Part shown: positions 55,753 through 64,000 of the stretch, one piece after another | Layout of the letters: each line of letters starts with the position of its first letter | How positions within the stretch are numbered: position 1 is the first letter of the stretch | DNA from: Octopus vulgaris | Taxonomy: Eukaryota | Direction: 5' to 3' | DNA: 64,000 nucleotides | Assembly (NCBI GenBank): GCA_951406725.2 | Contig: OX597817.1 | Coordinates: 84,630,001-84,694,000, forward strand | Notes under the pieces: model-generated | What the model saw: only the letters and a program-made list of their open reading frames with translations | Databases searched by the model: none | Told to the model about the DNA's origin: nothing | Position numbers and translations under genes: made by a program

Positions 55753-56146
55753 TTGAGGAGACCTATTGAGTCAAGTACATCAACATCAACATCAAATAAA
55801 AATCAAATGGAAATTGTAGTTGTGATAACTGTGCCAGTGGCATGTAAAAAGCACCATCCGAACATGGCCGATGCCAGCGTCACCATGACTGGCTCCCGTG
55901 CCGGTAGCATGTAAAAAGCACCAACCGATCATGGCCATTGCCAGCCTCCCTTGGCACCTGTGCCGGTGAAACGTAAAAAGCACCCACTACACTCAAGGAG
56001 TGGTTGGCGTTAGGAAGGGCATCCAGCTGTAGAAACACTGCCAGATCAGACTGGAGCCTGGTGCAGACTCCTGGCTTCCCAGACCCCGGTTGAACCGTCC
56101 AACCCATGCTAGCATGGAAAACGAACATTAAACGATGATGATGATG
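55753..56146 (+). mobile_element. RTE LINE 3' UTR
   Basis: Same 3' UTR blocks and (GAT)n tail as the other copies. Confidence 0.85.
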
Positions 56147-56919
56147 AATGAATTTCCTCCTCTTCATAATCATCATCTTAATGTCCAATCTTTCATGCTT
56201 GCATCAGTCAGATGAAATTCATTGAAACAGATCTATAGCTGGATGCTAAACCCACACCTGTTTCCAAGCAAGGTAATATTCCCCCATGTCCTTTGAACAT
56301 GAACAACACAATCACGGAAGACTGAAAATGAAAGACACTACTATGATAGTAATGTTTGTTGACAACTGTCATGTGATATCAAAACAAGGAGACACAAACA
56401 CATACATAAATATGTGAGTGTGTGTATGTGTGTGTGCGTGTGCATGCATGTGCATGTATGTAAAACATTGCTTTAACATCCACTTCCCCAAATTTGCATG
56501 GGTTATATGGAATTCTTTAACTGAATGCCCTTCTTGCCGCCAACTCTCACCTGTTTCCAAGTATGGTCACATTTCCCCATGGCAAAGCATGTTTCCACAG
56601 AGATTAGAAATGACCAACAGTGCTTGTATGAATGTGACACACATTTATAACTATCACATGATGTCAAGGAGACACTAACAAACACACATACATACACACA
56701 AAATAGGCTGTTTTAAGTTTCTGTCTACCAAATCCACTCACAAAGCTTGGGTCAGCCCAGGGTTAGAATAGAAGACCCTTAGCAATGGTTCTATACGGTA
56801 GTGGTGAACACAAAACCATGTAGCTAGAAAGCAAGCTTTTTAACTACACAGATATATATATATATATATATAAAAGGAAATGATCTTGAAGAGAAAATAA
56901 GAATAAATCTGATTCTTAC

Positions 56920-59442
56920 CTGACTAACTTCTGCTATTCCATTAATAGCGTCAGATGTATTCAAAATTTGAATCCCATCAGAATTTAAAGTTGAGGTCCC
57001 AGCATTGTTCATTGCTTCAGCAGTGACTTCCATAGCTAAAAAAATATCATCCATATTCTTTTCTTGGTTATGAGAACTAAATGTTGTTGCTGTTTGTTCA
57101 GCATCCTGCACTTTTTGTAATTTAGAAGTGACTTCCTCAACACGACCATCTGGATGCACAAGAACGACTTGTGGTATACGCCCTGGACCCAGTTTGCCAT
57201 CTCGGAGATCAGATAGTAAACTACTTTGTAACAGCTGCTGAGCAGTGAGGTGAACATGGGGGCCGGGGGACAGTTTATTTAAATGATCCGTCTGAAATGC
57301 ATCTTCCTCTAAATCATGGTAAGAGAGATGTCGCATTAAATTACCCTTGTGGGCAAAACTTTTATCACATTCTGAACATTCATGAGTTTTCTCCTTAGGC
57401 CTGGGTGGAGTATAATTAGGTGTATGATAGAGGTTCTTGTGTCGTTTTAGAAGTTGTTTTTGCCTAAAAGACTGGTCACATTCATTACATTCAAAAGGTT
57501 TCTCTCCTGAATGAGTAAGTAAATGGTTGTCTAAATGGCGCTGAGATAAAGCTGCATAGTCACAACGATTACACTTGAAACATTTTTCCCCTTCATGACT
57601 TTTCATGTGTAATTTATAGGAATACCGGTCAAGGAAATTTTTTCCACATTTACGACAACCAAGTGGCTTTTCACATGTATGGAGTTTTTGAATGTGAATT
57701 TTAAGATCAGTTTTCCGTCCACATGTTGTAGGGCACAGATTACATTGAAATACAGGTTTATTGCCAGAATGAATCAGCTTGTGAGCTTTGAGAGAGTTAC
57801 TTTGTGTAAATTTAGCATGGCAAATGTCACATTCATATGGTTTTTCCCCAGTGTGTATCCGTAAATGTCTCTTTAATTTGTAAGTGTCAGGAGATGCATA
57901 CGAACAGTGTTGACATTGATAAGGCCTTTCTCCTGTATGCGATCTCATGTGTCTCTTTAACTTACTCAGTTCAACACTAGCATACTCACACATAGAACAT
58001 TTATGAGGTTTTTCAAATGTATGACGATATCTTACATGACGCACAAGTTCTCCTGAAGTGGTAAATGCTGCATGGCACTGTTTACATTTGTGGGGTCGAG
58101 TTCCAGTGTGAGTGTTTCGGTGGTTTTGTAATGATGCCATTGTTTTAAAACCACGCCCACAAACATCACACTTGTGTGGTCGATCTTCAGAATGTGATTT
58201 CATGTGCCGAGTCAATAGATATCGTTTAGGACTTGTATAATTACAATACTGACACATCAACTGTGCTGGATTTGTTTGGAACAGTTTTTTAGGAGTTATT
58301 TTCAAAATTCGTTTTGTGGTGCCATCTTCTTCAATAATTTCATCTGTGATTTCCCGTGGTTCTTCTTTGAAATCATACACAGATAAGTCTTTATCCCCAT
58401 CACCCTGTGACACAATAAATACATAACTAAATTCCCCATTCCGACTGCCATCAGAAGGCATAATAGTCACTGTTTGGTAATTTGTGCCAGCTGTGGGCAA
58501 AATGAAGGAGTTGGAGGAAGAGACCTGAGAATTGTCAATTACGTGCAATGTTTCTGAGGTAACACCATCTGCAGACTGAACTGCAACAAGCTGAGGTTGA
58601 GAACTGTCTTCTGAATTCTGAAGTGCAACCAATTGTGCATTGTGAATTTCAGTGGGCAGTGAACCAACAGGCATTGCTTGCAAGTGACTCGAAGCACACA
58701 TAGTATTAGCTGCTACAGAGGCAAGAACAGCCACGGGGTTGGTACCATCAATATCTTGACGTATAATAGTTTGTGTATCCTCACCAGTTACTATTTGACT
58801 GTCATCAACAGATATTTGCTGAACCCCTAAATCACCAGAAGAAAGTATTTGTTGATTTGCAGAATCCTCAGATACAACTTGTAAACTTGCTTCTTCTATA
58901 TGCATGTGTTTTTCTCCACCTACAGAGACCACACGAATTATTCGATTAATCTCATTTTCACTGTTTGCTAATGCTTCTGCAGTAATTTCAGAGCCATTAA
59001 TAAAACCAGATTCTTGAATTTGGTTCCCAGATAACTCTGCAAGCTGAGCATGAACAGCAGAGAGATGATCATTTTGTACAATATCTGAGATTTTATGTAC
59101 AATCTCTGCTTCTGCAGCATCTAGTTCTATTGTAGAATGTCCTTGAACTGTTTCAATACAAGATATCTGATCAGCAGCATCTGTTTCTGTATTTAGAATT
59201 GCAGTTGGTGGTGTATAATATTCTTGCATACTGACAATTTCTGTGCCTTCTACAACTGGAGACGTAGTTTCTGTTGTAGAAATGAAAACAGCATCATGTT
59301 CTCTATTTGTCACATGAACTGTTGCATCATCCAATTCTGTTGGTACATCCGCTCCAATTTCTTTATTAAAGTTCACTAAGTAATGTTGCAAATCATTAAG
59401 ATTTTCTCCTTCCTGGACAGAACCAGTTGAAGAATCTTCCAT
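56920..59442 (-). CDS. CTCF: CTCF, main coding exon (841 codons): acidic N-terminus, YDF motif, 11 C2H2 zinc fingers, start of C-terminus
   Basis: Eleven C2H2 fingers at about 57316-58254 with CTCF-diagnostic helices (FTTSGELVRHVRYRH, YASVELSKLKRHMRSH, YASPDTYKLKRHLRIH, FRQKQLLKRH). DLSVYDFKEE resembles human DVSVYDFEEE. Pyrimidine tract plus AG acceptor at 59455-59456, 12 nt before the ATG. Donor CAG|GTAAGA after 56920; the ORF beyond it runs into repeat sequence. Confidence 0.96.
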
Positions 59443-59744
59443 GATGGAATTTACCTAAAAATTAAAAGAAAAAATGCATTAAGCCACATAGATTTTCAAA
59501 TTCATAAGGAAGTTAAGTGAAGGTAAGTCAACAAAGAAGAAATAAAGCACATGTTAAACCAAGACTTTCTAGACATCATAGATTTTATGAAAATAAATTT
59601 TATAAATGGATACCGATATGGCCATGAGGTTAAGAAGTTTTGTTTTACAACCATGTAATTCCAGAGAAGAAATTTGTACAAAATAAATGTACTGCAGTAA
59701 TTAATAGTGAGAGTGCTAATAAAATAAATTCTTTCCAAGGCTCT

Positions 59745-60300
59745 GTTGGCTTCCTAGAAGTAGTTGACAGCTTTTATTACCTCAGCAACAAAAGTAGAGC
59801 TGAAATAACATGAGGTAAGTGTTACAAAAAATAGTAAAGAGTTCAGATAGCTATCAGCTCTGCTGGCAACAAAGGAGTTCTTTCTCTAAGTGAAATGCAA
59901 ACTGCAAGATGCTTATGTACAAAGTGCGATACTGCACTGTAGTAAAATGAAGCACTAACTGCAGATGATGTACAAAGGCAGGAAAGAAATTAAACTCATT
60001 CTACTGGATCATAGTGTGAAAGAACAATGGAGCACTAATGAGCTGAGAGAAAATCTGGGCATAAGAGGAATCAGTACTAATGTGCAAGAGAGAAGACTGT
60101 GTTTGTATGTTAGTTATGTAAAAAAGAATACCTAAACAATCTAAGTGGAAAGAACTAGGGGTTAAGAAACATGGAAATAAAGTAATGACAGCAGACTTCA
60201 GGAAGCTGAACCTCACAAAGATGACATGAGATAACAACAAGTGATGAGACGCTGTGCTGGAAAAGACTCATCCAATCCATACAAACATGATAAAAAACAG
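59745..60300 (+). mobile_element. Highly decayed RTE LINE 3' part in the CTCF upstream intron
   Basis: ctagaagtagttgacagctttt...; gtgcaagagagaagactgtgtttgtatg; both match the RTE C-terminus. Confidence 0.6.
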
Positions 60301-62661
60301 TAATGATAATCAACATGCATCAGAGTTAGCCCCACACTTTCTTGGATACATGCCCCATTCTCATAAATGTCAAACCCTCTGACCCAGCCAACTTGATAGA
60401 TCAAGATGCAGAAGGATAAAGCAGCTCAAAAAGCTTATCTAGCTCATATTTTTCAGTTTGTATTGTACTAGGACTGATTCCATTGACATGATCATTTGTC
60501 TGAAAAACTAAGACAAATGACTAGTTAAATGTAGTCCTTACTTCTACATCATGACATTTTATGATCCTAATTACCTCATGAAAACAATCACTCTCAGCCT
60601 ATTCTTACTCCTGCCACTAGCAAATCATTGAAGATAAAACAACTCTTTCCAATACCCTTTAAACTGGAATGAGAGAGATGGGTCCTGTCACAGTATGGGA
60701 ACAGAACACTGCCTACAATTCATTATCATTTCATCATCCTCTTTTAATATTCAACTTCTATGCTAGTTGGACAGTTTGACAAGATGCAATGAGTTCAAAC
60801 ACTGCATCATGCTCTTAAGTTCATTTTGGTATGGTTTCAAAAGCTTGATACACTTTCCAATGCCAACTGTGTAGAGTACTTCACAGGACATAGACAAAAA
60901 TTACCCACAACTTATCTAGCTTTTACTCACAAAAGTAAATATCACACACTTTGGAGAGCTTTCAAGGATCTCAAATTACAAGTAGAGACTTCTGATCTCT
61001 TGCCAACAGGATCTCTACTTTGCAAAAATTTCCTGTTCATCACTCCCCAACCAAAGCAGCTAAGTTAATAACAGAAAACATCTCTGTATTTGCTGTTTAC
61101 ATCACTAAATGTGTTCAAGTTTGGCTGTGTAATTACAATGTTTGCTTCACAATATGGGGTTCGCATAATTACAGTAGCTTCACATCAACCAAAACTATGT
61201 GGATATTTAATAGAAAGAAACTGTGCAGAAGCCTGTAAGAGCAGCCATTCCTGTTTTTGAGCAGTAGATTAATCTGTTGCCCAGTTTAATACCACTACAA
61301 GGATGCTTTCAGTGGAACCCTATCTACTGCAAGAATTCAGCACAGGTCTTCAGTGTGAGGACAAATTCCTCCCTACCCCAACTGAAGAGGTAATGGGCAT
61401 TGCCCCTCCTCTTCTGACAAAACCACAAAAAAATTTTGCTCACCTATAGTTTTAATCTATATCTCCTGGAGGGTTAACAGTCCATCACCTTAATCATTTG
61501 GTCACATAAGGAGTCAGTCATAAAAATCCAACCCTGCCATCATACAGAAAGGAAGGACACACTGAATGAAGTAGTCATGGACAACATGATAATGAAGTCA
61601 TGAATATACAAAAAATTAGAATGGCCATAACTGGAAAGGCTATGAATATATGTCTGCTTGATCGGGGATGACTTGGATAATAAACAACAACAGTCATTTC
61701 TTGTTTCTTGGATTAGAAGCTTCTCGTAAGACCACACAATTGGGGTTCTCTCCAACCCACATTCTACAAACTTTGGTGTTACCCCAGATTCTTTGTTCTG
61801 CTTATTAATGACCAACTTTATGTCTCTTCTGACACACACTCCTTTATAATGTTCATCCGTTGTCAACAATTACCAGAACATCACAAGGGAGAAGATGGGT
61901 CACAGTGTGACCAACTGTGATCAATCAGGCCAATGTATGCTCAGAATGTTCTGTAGCAGGTTGGGTACTGGTGCTCTGCTGGGAATGAAAGCAAGGAGTT
62001 GACATTGGACTTGTGCAGTTCACTGTTTTCTTTGTGTTCCTACAATACTGTTCCATTCTTAGGAGGTGGAAGACTGAAACCAAAATAAGCCCACTGTGTG
62101 TGTGTGCCTTAGTACATTTCTTTACATCTGCATTCTACAACAGTCATTATGAATATTGTTGTTATTACTTCAATCAGCAATTTGTTGCTCACTTCACACC
62201 TTAATAGATGTGTAAAATAAAAGACTACTTTCTTGAAAGACAGGTAACAATTAGCAACAGGAAGAGAGTCTAAGTGTAAAACAAGGCCTGAATAATATAT
62301 TATTCAATCCATGCTAACATAGAAAAGCAGATGTAAAATAAACAAATTCCTCTGTAACATTCTGCACGATGATCATCCACATGCAACTCAAGTATCCCAT
62401 ATCAGACATTACATATAAAATGCATAAGGAAAGACTTTGTAAGAATCTTTCAAGGAGAAATGACAATTTAGTCTTTCTCCCTATTAAATATCCACATAGC
62501 TCAATCACAATACAAATCTAAGGAATCCTAATATCTCACCCTCACCAATTATAAACATACAACAAAACATCTGAAAGTTTCTACAAATTCAAGGCTTCAG
62601 TCTTGAATGATCTCTCATGCAACAAAGCCAAAAACTGCATCATAGGGACTATGATTCCTCT

Positions 62662-63064
62662 TTAACTTTTTAGTATTTAAACCAGCCATCTCAGGCCCAA
62701 ATATTCAACCTGTTCAATATTTATGTTCAAACCAGACAGATCCATTCATACCTATCCTACAATATCATTCTAAAAATAAACAATCATCATCTAATGTCTG
62801 TTCTCCATTCTGGCATGGTTTGAACAGTTTGACAAGAGTTGGCTATCTCGAGGGTTGCCTGGGCTCCACTTGTCTGTTTTGCCATGCTTCCTATTTTGCC
62901 CTTCCTTAGGCAAGCACTTTAGAGTGCTTCTATGTGGCACTGACTCAGGTGCTTTTAAGTAGCACCAAAATCTCAAGGATATAAGATAATGCACATTTAA
63001 TTCAAAACAATGAAAATAAATAAGTATTACATTTGACAGAATAATCTGAATGCTAGAAGATTAA
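62662..63064. mobile_element. Decayed piggyBac-like MITE with a nested RTE 3' tail (about 62785-62965, minus strand)
   Basis: Both halves align to 54815-55037 on either side of a catcatcat-started insert. Confidence 0.6.
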
Positions 63065-64000
63065 AGCCACAAAACCCTTCATCCTCTAACTCTCTACAAG
63101 GTTCAAGACTTACAATGGAGTATTGTTCACATCTGCAGAATAGTGCAACTACCATTCACACAAACATTCAATATAACATTTGAAAGAGAGCCATTTGAAT
63201 GATCAGTAAAGATTTATTCACTAGCTCGCCCCTAAAATAGCACAGCTTGATTACAATCGATCATAGGTCTCTTCAGTCAGGATTGACTGACCAACAAAGT
63301 TCTGAGCCACTCAGTCATGTACTTTCTCCCTTCATACTCATTCATCATCCTTACTAGTCTAAACCTTCTTCCAAAGAACTAAAACTATCAGAGTTCTTTA
63401 CTCCACTCTTTCTTTTTTTGTTACTATTCATGTTTCATGCAACGCAAATTACAATTCTCACCTCACTCCAATTCCTTGTCCTTTTCTTTCCCCATGAGGT
63501 AGTGATTACTATTCCCAAAGTCCACCCTGTAATTCTCCAGAAAACAGTCCCATCCACGTTTTTCAAAAAGATATTCAGGTTAAAACGTGGACCACATCAA
63601 TGTGGGACAGTAATATGAATAATATTCACCTACTCTTACTTTTGTTTGTTTTTTTTTTCTTTTTCTTCTTCCTGGTGTTTTCATTACTTTGTCAAAAATG
63701 CTATGGACTTCTGTAGCAATCTAATTTATTCACATAATCACGAAGGATACCTGAACTGAAATAAACGTCAGTCAAGCTTTTCCTACCTCACCAAAATATA
63801 AATCAATATTGTTTTACATAATTTGAAATATTGCATTTGGTTTTGGGACGAAATCCTTATACTCGAATGCAGAAAAACATAAACACAACAAAAAGAAAAA
63901 AATCAATAGTAATTTTTTCATTATTACTGAATAAATTCCTGAAGCAAAACTAGAAATAAAAATGAAAACCATCAGCGCGGAATACTAATAACGTATTATT

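Noticed and set aside
56824-56919. C-terminal [31 protein letters not shown] of the 872-aa ORF
   Set aside because: Intron read-through past a strong CAG|GTAAGA donor into microsatellite and SINE sequence.
60300-64000. Possible CTCF promoter or first exon
   Set aside because: No convincing exon or promoter signal; probably intron, with the 5' UTR exon outside the window.

Overview
Eukaryotic, AT-rich and very repeat-dense DNA. The repeat repertoire and the protein suggest a coleoid cephalopod, probably Octopus (inference). The only host gene is CTCF on the minus strand. One 2.5-kb coding exon (56920-59442) carries the N-terminus, the YDF cohesin-binding motif and all 11 C2H2 fingers. It splices in phase 0, across about 40 kb of assembled intron, to an acidic exon at 16244-16512. 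The rest is (TA)n-derived microsatellite, RTE LINEs (one family has a PHD finger inside the RT domain), CR1/L2-like LINEs, tRNA-derived SINEs, small DNA-transposon remnants and several Penelope-like element (PLE) families. Main hidden signals: (1) about ten intact or decayed minimal type I hammerhead ribozyme motifs from at least five PLE-type families, several in inverted-repeat palindromes embedded in (TA)n; (2) the sequences either side of the 100-N gap look like two alleles of the same intron segment that differ by six retroelement insertions, all in microsatellite; (3) a SINE and a CR1-like LINE share a 3' tail with a covarying hairpin. The long IY/YI ORFs are microsatellite artefacts.
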